The position numbers and the translations under genes are program-made. A stretch of 64,000 nucleotides of DNA, from NCBI GenBank assembly GCA_963765495.1, contig CAVXWP010000007.1, forward strand, positions 480,001-544,000. The letters run 5' to 3'. Below the pieces are notes generated by a model, which saw nothing but the letters and a program-made list of their open reading frames with translations, was not told the DNA's origin and ran no database searches. This document shows, in pieces, positions 1-9,399 of this stretch (positions within the stretch are counted from its first letter, which is position 1; each line of letters starts with the position of its first letter). This DNA is from Blastocatellia bacterium (GTDB lineage Bacteria; Acidobacteriota; Blastocatellia; UBA7656).

Positions 1-408
1 GTAGGCGGTGGTCAGGCAGAGCCGGTCGCTCAGCATCGCCGAATGTATGTGCAGACAGATCGCGAGCCGGATCAAAGGATCAAGCAGGAAGGAAATCAAC
101 TCTTCCGGCGCACGCAAATCCCCAGGAGCCGAAAGGAACTCAAGAACTTCGGCAGGCAATTGGCGCTTGAGGCGCTCGACATGACAAACCCGGACCTGCG
201 ACTTTATCCCAACCCTTCGAGAGAGAATTGCGGTGCTTGCGCTTATGTCAGACCCTGTATTGCGTTGAATGAAGGCGCGAGCGCAGGCCGTTTGCTTGAA
301 GCCTACTATCGCAAGCGCGACGAAGAGAGCGAAGCAGGCCGGATCGGCGGGTCTACGTGGTCGGTTGATCGTGGAGCGATGCCTCCCGGTTGGGGAAGAA
401 AATCATAA
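1..408 (+). CDS. 3' part of a putative PD-(D/E)XK / Cas4-like nuclease-family protein (5' end outside window)
   Basis: Frame is open from base 1. C-terminal YPNPSRENCGACAYVRPC resembles the P-x(n)-CxxC-x5-C Fe-S tail of Cas4/AddB-like nucleases; catalytic motifs are not visible. Confidence 0.5.
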   Translation, partial: VGGGQAEPVAQHRRMYVQTDREPDQRIKQEGNQLFRRTQIPRSRKELKNFGRQLALEALDMTNPDLRLYPNPSRENCGACAYVRPCIALNEGASAGRLLEAYYRKRDEESEAGRIGGSTWSVDRGAMPPGWGRKS

Positions 409-456
409 ACCGCAGACGTGACCTTCGGGGCATATGGATGGTAAGAGTTGAATTTT

Positions 457-489
457 TTAGACAGGATTAACAAGATTTTTCCTGTCTAA
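457..489. repeat. Intergenic palindrome, ACAGGATT(G) 9-mer family
   Basis: TTAGACAGGA(457-466)...TCCTGTCTAA(480-489). Confidence 0.75.
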
Positions 490-560
490 TCCTTTCTGGC
501 TCTGGCTTTCTGTTAAACTCGGACCGTAGAGTATTCCTTGACTCAGGGAGAACTGAGACG

Positions 561-1583
561 GTGGATGCAAATAATAACCTTCAGGGCAACGGCAAAGTAT
601 ATCACTCTATCAAGGAGATAGATGTGCTCTGGATCACAGCGGGACTGGGTTGCGACGGTGATACCATAGCAATGACGGCGGCCACACAGCCGAGCATCGA
701 AGATGTTGTGCTCGGGGCCATACCGGGAATTCCCAGAGTGAAGTTGCACAATCCCTTTCTCGCCTATGAAAACGGCGATGAGTTTATGGACTTTTTTTAT
801 CGCGCCGAAGCCGGTGAGATAGATCCGTTTATCCTCGTAATCGAGGGCTCTATCCCCAATGAAACGAACAAAGCGGAAGGCTACTGGGCGGGCTTTGGCA
901 CAGACAAACAGACGGGTCAGCCCATTCTGACGTGTGAATGGATAGACCGGCTGGCCCCAAAAGCCTGGGCCGTTGTGGCGGCTGGAACCTGCGCGACTTA
1001 TGGCGGCATCCATGCGATGCAGGGTAATCCTACGGGTTGTATGGGGCTTGCAGATTATCTCGGCTGGGCGTGGAAATCGAATGCAGAGATTCCCATTGTG
1101 TGTGTGCCGGGGTGCCCGGTGCTTCCCGACAATTTTATGGAGACGCTGCTTTACCTGCTCTATCAAGTGGCGGGGCTCGCGCCGATGATCCCGCTCGATG
1201 AGTCTCTCCGCCCCGTATGGCTTTTTGAACAGACGCTGCACGAAGGATGTGATCGCGGCGGTTATTACGAGCAGGCCGAATTTGCCGAAGAGTACGGCGG
1301 GCGTCAGTGTATTGTGAAACTCGGATGCTGGGGGCCTGTCGTACAATGCAACGTAGGCAAACGGAGCTGGATGGCCGGTGTCGGAGGTTGCCCGAACGTA
1401 GGCGGCATCTGCATAGGCTGCACGATGCCTGGCTTCCCCGACAAGTTCATGCCGTTTATGGATCAGCCTCCCGGATCGCTTCTGTCATCAGCCGCCGTGA
1501 TGACCTATGGCAAGGCCATTCACGCGTTGCGCAGGTTTACTCAGGCATCGCTGAACAAGGAACCGGATTGGCGGCGACGCTGA
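561..1583 (+). CDS. Group 1h [NiFe]-hydrogenase small-subunit paralog (orphan copy upstream of two-component system)
   Basis: WITAGLGCDGD, GTCATYGGI, VPGCP, HEGCDR, CIVKLGCWGP and GGCPNVGGICIGCTMPGFPD motifs; highly similar to 4847..5911; no Tat signal. Confidence 0.93.
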   Translation: MDANNNLQGNGKVYHSIKEIDVLWITAGLGCDGDTIAMTAATQPSIEDVVLGAIPGIPRVKLHNPFLAYENGDEFMDFFYRAEAGEIDPFILVIEGSIPNETNKAEGYWAGFGTDKQTGQPILTCEWIDRLAPKAWAVVAAGTCATYGGIHAMQGNPTGCMGLADYLGWAWKSNAEIPIVCVPGCPVLPDNFMETLLYLLYQVAGLAPMIPLDESLRPVWLFEQTLHEGCDRGGYYEQAEFAEEYGGRQCIVKLGCWGPVVQCNVGKRSWMAGVGGCPNVGGICIGCTMPGFPDKFMPFMDQPPGSLLSSAAVMTYGKAIHALRRFTQASLNKEPDWRRR

Positions 1584-1631
1584 TCCGACTGCTCACGAAA
1601 GCCTGTTCGACAGCCGGGTCATATCGAAGAG

Positions 1632-3569
1632 ATGATGAAGACGCAATCACAAAGTGGAGCTAACAGCGCCTATGCAGGCAATCGTAAGGGGGCGGCCTTT
1701 GAAGAGCCTCAAGCGGTGAGTCTGCCCGATGCGGAGAACATACTGAACGAGCTTGCCAGCGTCTTCTTTCCTGTTGATTCGCCGATTCAGACATCGGCAA
1801 GCGGAGCCATCGAGAAGCGGAGGCGGGCTACGATACAGGCAGCCGAACTGCCGAATGCCGTGGCTCGATATCGAACTCTCGTCGAGCAAATCCCCGCCGT
1901 TGTCTTCATGGCTTTTCTTGATAAAGGCATCGGCGAAGCCTACGTCAGCCCGCAGATCGAAGCGATGCTCGGCTTCTCTCAGGAAGAGTGGCTAAACGAC
2001 CCCGTGCGCTGGTATCGACATATCCACCCCGATGACAAAGCGCGCTGGAGCAACGAGGCGGCGCAGATGTTTTTGACCGGCGAGTCGTTGCGCTCCGTCT
2101 ACCGAGTGATCGCCCGCGACGGGCACGTCGTATGGTTTCACTGCGAAGCAAAGATGGTGAGGCGCGATGATGGCCGTCCCTGGTTTATCCACGGAGTCGG
2201 GTTTGACATTACCGAACTGAAACAGGCCGAGGCAGCGCTGAAAGAGGCGCACGACGAATTGGAAGTGCGCGTGCGGCAACGAACGGCCGAACTCGAAACC
2301 GCCAACCGCGAATTGCAAATGGAGATTGCCGAGCGCGAACGCGCCGAATCCGAGTTGCGGCAGGCGCACGATGAACTGGAAGATCACGTCCAGATGCGCA
2401 CAGCCCAGTTGGCGGAAGCGAACGAAGAGTTGCTTGTGGAAATCGGCGAGCGCCGCCGCGTCGAAGACGCCCTCCGCAAAAGCGAGGGCATGTTGCGCGG
2501 CCTCTTTGAGTATGCTCCCGATACTATGGTGCTCGTAGATAGCAGCGGGCACATTACGCGGATAAACGCGCAGGTGGAAGCTATGTTTGGGTACAGGCAG
2601 ATGGAGTTGCTCAATCAGCCGATTGAGTGCTTGTTGCCCGAACGCTTCAGGCAGGGGCATATAAAGCACCGCGCCGATTATAATATCGAGCCGCATATTC
2701 GCACCATGGGCGCAGGGCTTGAGTTATCCGGCAGGCGCAGGGACGGCAGCGAGTTTCCCGTAGAAATCATGTTGAGCCCGATAGAGACCAGAGACGGTCG
2801 TCAGGTGATAGCCGTAGTGCGCGACACCACCCGGCGCAAGCGCGCCGAAGCGGCGCAGCGCGAATATGCCGAGCGCCTGCAAATACTCTCTCGTCGCCTG
2901 ATGGAGGTTCAGGAGGTTGAACGCCGCAACATCGCGCGCGAATTGCACGACGAAATCGGGCAGGTGCTGACCGGCCTCAAACTCAGCCTTGAGATGTGTT
3001 CGCGGCTGCCGGCAGACCAGATGGGCGCGAGCCTCAATCAGGCGCAGATGCTCGTCAACGACCTGATGGCGCGGGCGCGCAAGCTATCGCTCGATTTGCG
3101 CCCGGGCATGCTCGACGATCTTGGCCTGTTGCCGACATTGCTATGGCATATCGAACACTATACGGCGCAAACCCGCGTTCAGGTGATCTTCAAGCATAGC
3201 GGCATTGAAGGGCGGAGATTTGCGCCGGAAGTCGAGACCGCGGCCTATCGCATCGCTCAGGAGGCGCTTACGAATGTCGCGCGACACGCGGGCGTAAATC
3301 AGGCCACACTGCGAGTCTGGGCATACCATCAAACGCTCAACCTGCAGATCGAAGATTATGGAAACGGCTTCAATTCCGATGCGGTTGTCGCCGCAAGCGA
3401 CACCAGCGGAGTGGCGGGAATGCGCGAACGCACCATGCTGCTCGGCGGGCAACTGACTATTGAGTCGCAACCCGGATTCGGCACCAGTCTGACTGCGGAA
3501 CTGAGAATAGACGACGAGCCTGACGCGCAGTCGGAAGCGGAGAGCTTGCCGACTGCTAAAGAGGATTAG
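1632..3569 (+). CDS. Cytosolic PAS-PAS sensor histidine kinase (HisKA_3/NarX-type)
   Basis: Two PAS/PAC domains, ERRNIARELHDEIGQ H-box, YRIAQEALTNVARHA N-box, EDYGNGF G-box; no TM segments. Confidence 0.92.
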   Translation: MMKTQSQSGANSAYAGNRKGAAFEEPQAVSLPDAENILNELASVFFPVDSPIQTSASGAIEKRRRATIQAAELPNAVARYRTLVEQIPAVVFMAFLDKGIGEAYVSPQIEAMLGFSQEEWLNDPVRWYRHIHPDDKARWSNEAAQMFLTGESLRSVYRVIARDGHVVWFHCEAKMVRRDDGRPWFIHGVGFDITELKQAEAALKEAHDELEVRVRQRTAELETANRELQMEIAERERAESELRQAHDELEDHVQMRTAQLAEANEELLVEIGERRRVEDALRKSEGMLRGLFEYAPDTMVLVDSSGHITRINAQVEAMFGYRQMELLNQPIECLLPERFRQGHIKHRADYNIEPHIRTMGAGLELSGRRRDGSEFPVEIMLSPIETRDGRQVIAVVRDTTRRKRAEAAQREYAERLQILSRRLMEVQEVERRNIARELHDEIGQVLTGLKLSLEMCSRLPADQMGASLNQAQMLVNDLMARARKLSLDLRPGMLDDLGLLPTLLWHIEHYTAQTRVQVIFKHSGIEGRRFAPEVETAAYRIAQEALTNVARHAGVNQATLRVWAYHQTLNLQIEDYGNGFNSDAVVAASDTSGVAGMRERTMLLGGQLTIESQPGFGTSLTAELRIDDEPDAQSEAESLPTAKED

Positions 3570-3572
3570 CCG

Positions 3573-4229
3573 ATGAATACGCTCACCATCGTGCTTGCCG
3601 ACGATCACAATGTCGTGCGACAGGGTCTGCGGGCATTGCTTGAGGCGGAGACGGATTTCAACGTGGTAGGCGAGGCCTGCGACGGTCTGGAAGCCCTGCA
3701 ACTGGTCGAACAATTAAGGCCGAATGTGCTGGTGCTTGATGTGATGATGCCCGGACTCAACGGCCTGGAGGTTTCTCGACAGCTTAACAAGCTCTCGCCG
3801 CAAACGCACATCGTCGTCCTGTCAATGTATTCCAACGAGGCATACGTCCTTGAGGCATTGGGCAACGGCGCATCGGCCTATGTCCTCAAGGATTCCAGTT
3901 CGGCTGATCTCGTGCATGCCGTACGCGAGGTTGCAGCGGGCCGGCGCTATCTGAGCCCGCCGCTTTCCGACCGCGCCATCGAGGCGTACCAGGAGAAGGC
4001 CAGGGCCGTCGTGCTCGACAAGTATGAAACCTTGACCACCCGCGAGCGCGAAGTGCTGCAACTGTCAGCCGAAGGGCATACCAGCACCGAGATTGCCGCG
4101 CGGCTTGGCATCAGTTCACGCACGGCCGAGACGCACCGCTCCAACCTTATGCATAAACTCGGTCTGCACACGCATGCCGACCTCATTCGGTATGCCCTGC
4201 GACGCGGCATCATCCCGATGGATAATTGA
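3573..4229 (+). CDS. NarL/LuxR-family response regulator
   Basis: LADDH and VLDVMMP receiver motifs; LTTREREVL...TAETHRSNLMHKLG HTH; starts 3 nt after kinase stop. Confidence 0.95.
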   Translation: MNTLTIVLADDHNVVRQGLRALLEAETDFNVVGEACDGLEALQLVEQLRPNVLVLDVMMPGLNGLEVSRQLNKLSPQTHIVVLSMYSNEAYVLEALGNGASAYVLKDSSSADLVHAVREVAAGRRYLSPPLSDRAIEAYQEKARAVVLDKYETLTTREREVLQLSAEGHTSTEIAARLGISSRTAETHRSNLMHKLGLHTHADLIRYALRRGIIPMDN

Positions 4230-4278
4230 ACGCCGTTCGCGCGCCTTCAGGCTCCATTTTCCCTCCAATCCTGAAAAA

Positions 4279-4345
4279 TACGTAATAGTTTCGCTCTAAT
4301 TACGTAGGTTTACGAATAGACAGTCGGATAGCAGCGCGATATGAT
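4279..4345 (+). promoter_or_regulatory. Putative response-regulator boxes plus -10 element upstream of hhySL
   Basis: TACGTA 4279-4284, TACGTA 4301-4306, TACGAA 4311-4316; TATGAT 4340-4345. Confidence 0.45.
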
Positions 4346-4380
4346 CAGCCCGTATTCGACGGCTCTAGTTTCTCCAAACT

Positions 4381-4412
4381 GCTAGAGACACTCTGGGGGG
4401 GGTGTCTCTAGC
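4381..4412 (+). terminator. Strong hairpin (terminator/attenuator or sRNA 3' end)
   Basis: 11-bp perfect stem GCTAGAGACAC/GTGTCTCTAGC; no long U-tract. Confidence 0.5.
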
Positions 4413-4846
4413 TGACTATCCGCAGCCAACGCTTATACATGCATGGATTGGGACTCATATTTGACCTTGAAATCACTCGGTGTTAAGATGGTGTCACATT
4501 GGATGGACGCATGTGGTAATGAAGCTGGTCTGATATACATGTGCTCATTCAAACAACTGGCGCGACAGGCGCTCCAATCAAAAATTCATTTACGGCATAT
4601 CACAAGAGCTTACTCCCTTCATCAGACGCTTTTTCTTATGAGCGATCATTTGCAACCTCACCGTTGCGCCGTACCAGTATTTGTTGATCATAAGGACCGG
4701 CGCGCTCGAGGCAATCGCGCTTCGAGACAAACCGGCTCACCGAGTTGCAAGAGTCATGGCTGATGCTAGCGCCCTCTTGCGAAAGCAACCGCGGGCCCAC
4801 CAACATCAACCGGCGACATCCATAATGATAGAAAGGAGGGACTACC

Positions 4847-5911
4847 GTGGCACAAGAAACGGTTCCATACGGGAGAAAAACCCAACACGCGCCCGCGGTA
4901 AAAGAAGTGCATATTGTCTGGATAACGGCAGGACTCAGTTGTGATGGTGATTCCGTGTCAATCACCGCAGCCACCCAGCCCAGCATCGAAGAAGTCGTAC
5001 TGGGAGCGATACCGGGACTGCCAAAGGTGCATCTGCACAACCCCGTACTTGCCTACGAAGTCGGCGATGATTTCATGCAGTATTGGTACAAGGCGGAGAA
5101 GGGCGAACTTGATCCTTTTGTACTGGTGGTTGAAGGCTCGATTCCAAACGAGAGGATTAAGAGCGAAGGTTACTGGGCGGCGATGGGCACAGACCCCGCG
5201 ACCGGACAGCCTATCACGACCAATGAGTGGATTGATCGCCTCGCCCCGAAAGCGCTGGCTGTGATGGGTTGCGGGACCTGCGCCACCTACGGCGGAATCC
5301 ATGCCATGGCAGGCAACCCTACAGGTGCCATGGGGCTCGCGGATTATCTGGGATGGGATTGGAAATCGAAGGCCGGGCTGCCGATCATCAATGTTCCAGG
5401 CTGTCCCGTGCAGCCGGATAATTTCATGGAGACCGTGCTCTACCTGCTCTATCAAGCGGCGGGGCTCGCGCCGATGATCCCGCTCGATGACCAGTTGCGG
5501 CCCACCTGGCTGTTCGGCAAGACGGTGCACGAAGGCTGTGACCGCGCGGGCTATTACGAGCAGGGCGATTTCGCCACCGAATATGGATCGCCGAAATGTA
5601 TAGTGAAGCTCGGATGCTGGGGGCCCGTGGTCAATTGCAACGTTCCAAAACGCGGCTGGATGGCCGGCATTGGCGGCTGCCCAAACGTAGGCGGCATATG
5701 CATAGGCTGCACGATGCCCGGCTTCCCCGACAAGTTCATGCCCTTTATGGATGAGCCGCCCGGCGGCAAGCTCTCTTCATCGGCCGTAGGTCTTTACGGC
5801 AAGGCGATTACGGCGCTGCGCAGCATCACAAACTCGACCCTGAACAAAGAACCCAAATGGCGGCACACGCGTCCCGAACTCACGACCGGTTATCGGCCAA
5901 GGTCATACTAA
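4847..5911 (+). CDS. hhyS: Group 1h [NiFe]-hydrogenase small subunit
   Basis: AGLSCDGDSV proximal-cluster motif (Asp ligand) and full Fe-S Cys set; RBS AGGAGG before GTG; directly upstream of the large subunit. Confidence 0.95.
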   Translation: MAQETVPYGRKTQHAPAVKEVHIVWITAGLSCDGDSVSITAATQPSIEEVVLGAIPGLPKVHLHNPVLAYEVGDDFMQYWYKAEKGELDPFVLVVEGSIPNERIKSEGYWAAMGTDPATGQPITTNEWIDRLAPKALAVMGCGTCATYGGIHAMAGNPTGAMGLADYLGWDWKSKAGLPIINVPGCPVQPDNFMETVLYLLYQAAGLAPMIPLDDQLRPTWLFGKTVHEGCDRAGYYEQGDFATEYGSPKCIVKLGCWGPVVNCNVPKRGWMAGIGGCPNVGGICIGCTMPGFPDKFMPFMDEPPGGKLSSSAVGLYGKAITALRSITNSTLNKEPKWRHTRPELTTGYRPRSY

Positions 5912-5928
5912 GGAAAGGAGCGAATCAG

Positions 5929-7737
5929 ATGAGTGCTTCAACGAAACCGAAATCAAAGTCTCCGACTGCGGCGCAGAACCTGGTTGAGATGAATTGGGAC
6001 CCGATCACCCGCATCGTCGGCAGCCTCGGAATCTTCACCAAGATAGACTTTGAGAACAAACAGGTCGCGGAATGCTACAGCACCAGTTCGATCTTTCGCG
6101 GCTACAGCATCTTCATGAAGGGCAAAGACCCGCGTGATGCGCACTTTATCACGAGCCGCATCTGCGGCATCTGCGGCGATAATCACGCGGTATGCGCGAC
6201 CTATGCGCAGAACATGGCCTTTGGCGTCCGCCCGCCCGCGCTCGGCGAATGGATAACAAACCTCGGCGAAGCGGCCGAGTATATGTTCGATCACAATATT
6301 TTTCAGGACAATCTGGTAGGCGTTGATTTCTGCGAGCAGATGATTAAAGAGACCAACCCGAGCGTCTGGGACAAGGCTCAGAATACCTCCGCGCCGAATG
6401 CCGACAAACACGGTTACAAGAAGATCTCCGACATCATGACGGCGCTAAACCCGTTCACGGGCGAGTTCTATCGCGAGACCCTGCAAGTGAGCCGTTACAC
6501 GCGCGAGATGTTCTGTTTGATGGAAGGCCGCCACGTTCACCCCTCGACACTCTATCCGGGCGGCGTCGGCACCGTGCCTACCGTGCAACTCTTCACCGAT
6601 TACATGGTCAGGCTGATGCGCTATGTGGAGTTCATGAAGAAAGTCGTGCCGCTGCACGATGACCTCTTCGACTTCATGTACGAGGCGCTGCCGGGTTATG
6701 AAGAGGTGGGACGGCGGCGAATACTGCTCGGCTGCTGGGGATCGTGGAATGACCCAGATATATGCGATTACACTTACAAAAACATGTCCGAGTGGGGTAA
6801 AGGCATGTTTGTCACGCCGGGCATTGTCGTAGACGGCGAGCTTGTGACCACGGACCTTGTAAAGATCAACCTCGGCATACGCATACTGCTCGGCAGTTCC
6901 TACTATGACGACTGGGAGAATTCCGAAGTCTTTGTCCGCGAAGACCCGCTCGGCAATCCCGTAGACAAGAAGCATCCGTGGAACCAGACCACCATTCCTC
7001 GACCGCAAAAGCGCGACTTCGATGACAAGTACACCTGGGTCATGTCGCCGCGCTGGCTCGACGAGCGGACGGGCGATCATCTGGCGCTCGATACGGGCGG
7101 CGGGCCGATTGCGCGGCTCTGGGCGACTGCGCTTGCCGGGATCGTGGACATCGGCTACATAAAGGCCACGGGCCACAGCGTCAAGATATACCTGCCGAAG
7201 TCTGCGACCCTGCCCGAAGTCGAGTTCGAGTGGAAGATTCCGCAATGGTCGAACGCCATCGAACGCGACCGCGCGCGGACATACTTCCAGGCTTATGCAG
7301 CGGCAGCCGCGCTTCATTTCATCGAGAAAGCGATGGCCGAACTCCACGCCGGAAGGACAAAGACGTGGTCTGATTTCAAGGTGCCGGATGAGGCGATTGG
7401 CTGCGGTTTCCACGAAGCGGTTCGCGGGGTGCTCTCGCATCACGTAGTCATCCGCGACGGCAAGATTGCCAACTATCATCCATATCCGCCTACGCCCTGG
7501 AACGCCAACCCGCGTGATATCTACGGCACGCCCGGCCCGTATGAAGACGCGGTGCAGAACACGCCGATCTTCGAAGAGAATGGGCCTGACAAATTCAAGG
7601 GCATAGACATCATGCGCGCCGTTCGCAGCTTTGATCCCTGTCTGCCCTGCGGCGTGCACATGTATCTGGGCAACGGCAAGGTGCTCGAAGAGCGTCATTC
7701 GCCGATGTTCGGCGTGGTAGGAAATGAGAAGAAATGA
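5929..7737 (+). CDS. hhyL: Group 1h [NiFe]-hydrogenase large subunit
   Basis: L1 TSRICGICGDNH and L2 SFDPCLPCGVH group-1h signatures; start moved to ATG 5929 after AAGGAG. Confidence 0.96.
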   Translation: MSASTKPKSKSPTAAQNLVEMNWDPITRIVGSLGIFTKIDFENKQVAECYSTSSIFRGYSIFMKGKDPRDAHFITSRICGICGDNHAVCATYAQNMAFGVRPPALGEWITNLGEAAEYMFDHNIFQDNLVGVDFCEQMIKETNPSVWDKAQNTSAPNADKHGYKKISDIMTALNPFTGEFYRETLQVSRYTREMFCLMEGRHVHPSTLYPGGVGTVPTVQLFTDYMVRLMRYVEFMKKVVPLHDDLFDFMYEALPGYEEVGRRRILLGCWGSWNDPDICDYTYKNMSEWGKGMFVTPGIVVDGELVTTDLVKINLGIRILLGSSYYDDWENSEVFVREDPLGNPVDKKHPWNQTTIPRPQKRDFDDKYTWVMSPRWLDERTGDHLALDTGGGPIARLWATALAGIVDIGYIKATGHSVKIYLPKSATLPEVEFEWKIPQWSNAIERDRARTYFQAYAAAAALHFIEKAMAELHAGRTKTWSDFKVPDEAIGCGFHEAVRGVLSHHVVIRDGKIANYHPYPPTPWNANPRDIYGTPGPYEDAVQNTPIFEENGPDKFKGIDIMRAVRSFDPCLPCGVHMYLGNGKVLEERHSPMFGVVGNEKK

Positions 7738-7740
7738 ATC

Positions 7741-7845
7741 GTGATGCGTGAAGAGTGATTCGTGACTTTCAGGCAGGGCGCTGATTAAAGACATCTCGCC
7801 GGCCTGCTTGAATCACGCATCACGCATCACGTATCACGCATCACT
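7741..7845. repeat. Heptamer-armed palindrome (TGCGTGA/TCACGCA family)
   Basis: GTGATGCGTGA..GTGATTCGTGA left arm; TCACGCATCACGCATCACGTATCACGCATCAC right arm; core CTGATTAAAGAC 7781-7792. Confidence 0.8.
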
Positions 7846-7850
7846 ACTTT

Positions 7851-8393
7851 ATGGAAGAACAAGAGTTTCAACAACGTATACAAAAGATCGGGGCGCTGGT
7901 TCACAAGATAGAGAATCTTGCTGACGCGGAAGCGCGAACCAGCGCCCTGGAGCTTTTTCAACTCGTCATGGACCTTCACGGAGCCGGCGTGGAGCGCATG
8001 ATGAATCTCATCTTCGATGCCGGAGAGCCGGGCCAGAGGATCATCGACACCCTTGGGGATGACGATCTGGTTGGCAGCCTGCTCCTGTTGTATGGACTTC
8101 ACCCGCTCGATCTTGAAACGCGGGTGATGCAGGTGCTCGACAGGCTAGGCCCTGAATTGCGCTCTCACGGAGCTACGGTCGAAGTGCTCGGTTTCAATGA
8201 CGGGGTCGTGCGGTTGCGGCTTGAGCAGAGCGCGGGCGGATGCGGGTCGTCGGCGCAGAATCTGCGGGCCGGTCTCGAAGAGGCGATCTATACGGCTGCC
8301 CCCGACATAAGTGGTCTTGAAGTCGAAGGCGGAGTGGCACCGTCCTTTCCCTCCGGCCTCGTACAACTGGCCGGATTATCAAGCAAGCGATGA
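7851..8393 (+). CDS. NifU/NfuA-like Fe-S scaffold accessory protein of the hhy cluster
   Basis: LLYGLHP and LRSHGATVEV...GGCGSS NifU-C-like motif; position after hhyL. Confidence 0.8.
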   Translation: MEEQEFQQRIQKIGALVHKIENLADAEARTSALELFQLVMDLHGAGVERMMNLIFDAGEPGQRIIDTLGDDDLVGSLLLLYGLHPLDLETRVMQVLDRLGPELRSHGATVEVLGFNDGVVRLRLEQSAGGCGSSAQNLRAGLEEAIYTAAPDISGLEVEGGVAPSFPSGLVQLAGLSSKR

Positions 8394-8557
8394 TCGATTG
8401 AGTGTTTTTCTCCTCTTTGTGAGAGGGGTCGCGGCATGGGACCACAACCTGTTGTCTCGAATATAGGAGGGAAAGATTATGGCAGATCAGGATATAACAC
8501 GGGGCGCGCCGTCGCATCATCCGGGCGCTAGAAAAGGCGAAGAAATTTATGAAAAAC

Positions 8558-8635
8558 CTTTGCCCACTTTGCGGCTTTGCGCCTTTGCGACATTCTATTT
8601 CTCGCAAAGGCGCAAAGTACGCGAAGTACGCGAAG
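8558..8635. repeat. Palindrome with CTTTGCGC/GCGCAAAG 8-9-mer arms
   Basis: CTTTGCGGCTTTGCGCCTTTGCGA..TCGCAAAGGCGCAAAGTACGCGAAG; degenerate copy at about 11971-12040. Confidence 0.8.
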
Positions 8636-8727
8636 ATTTTCCTGGAAATTAAACGACGCTGGGGCAACCACAAAATATAAATTCGGGCTGCCCCTACAAC
8701 CCTACGCTATTGCAATTCGCAAAAATT

Positions 8728-9399
8728 ATGAGTTCTACACGATCATCAGGGCCAGATAGCTCGTTTGCGACGATCCGCCAGTTTGTACGGGCGCGCGCGC
8801 CGGTCGAACGGTGTGAATTATGCAGCGCGCAACTGGCCGCCGATCATCCGCACCTGATCGAGCCGACTGCCCGTAAATTGGTCTGCGCGTGTGACGCCTG
8901 CGCCATTTTATTCAGCGGGTCGGCGGAGACGAAATATAGACGCGTCCCCCGGCGGATACGCCTGCTGACCGATTTTCAATTGACCGATGCGCAGTGGGAA
9001 AGCCTGATGATACCGATCAACCTGGCGTTCTTCTTCAACAGCACGCCTGCCGGACACGTCGTCGCGCTGTATCCAAGCCCCGCCGGCCCTACGGAATCGC
9101 TGCTCGGCCTCGATGCGTGGGAAGAGATCGCGCAATCAAATCCCGTACTCAACGAAATGGAGCCGGATGTTGAAGCGTTACTGGTAAACCGCGTAGGCAG
9201 CGCGCGCGGTTACACGGGCGCTCAGTATTACATCGTCCCGGTTGATGAATGCTATAAGCTTGTGGGATTGATTCGGGCGCACTGGCGGGGGTTGTCGGGG
9301 GGCGCAAAGGTTTGGGAAGAGATCGCTGTGTTCTTTAACAGACTGAAGGAACGGTCAATCCCGGTCGGAGAGAAAACGAATGCCAGACCTGAGCTTTGA
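8728..9399 (+). CDS. Conserved hhy-associated protein (DUF5947-like)
   Basis: ERCELC..H.H..LVCACDAC, YPSPAGPTES and PVDECYKLVGLIR motifs. Confidence 0.8.
   Translation: MSSTRSSGPDSSFATIRQFVRARAPVERCELCSAQLAADHPHLIEPTARKLVCACDACAILFSGSAETKYRRVPRRIRLLTDFQLTDAQWESLMIPINLAFFFNSTPAGHVVALYPSPAGPTESLLGLDAWEEIAQSNPVLNEMEPDVEALLVNRVGSARGYTGAQYYIVPVDECYKLVGLIRAHWRGLSGGAKVWEEIAVFFNRLKERSIPVGEKTNARPEL

Noticed and set aside
4443-4944. ORFs in the gap upstream of hhyS
   Set aside because: No RBS or motifs and atypical composition; more likely regulatory DNA
7600-7680. Possible [NiFeSe] hydrogenase
   Set aside because: The L2 motif has ordinary Cys codons (DPCLPC); there is no in-frame UGA
6445-7794. 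Long antisense ORFs (e.g. 6445-7794, 46392-47999, 52321-53388, 16286-17287)
   Set aside because: Shadows of well-supported genes in GC-rich DNA; no recognisable motifs
8659-8697. REP-like GGGGCAACC..GGGCTGCCCCTAC
   Set aside because: Single degenerate copy with no RAYT gene in the window; cannot be supported as a family
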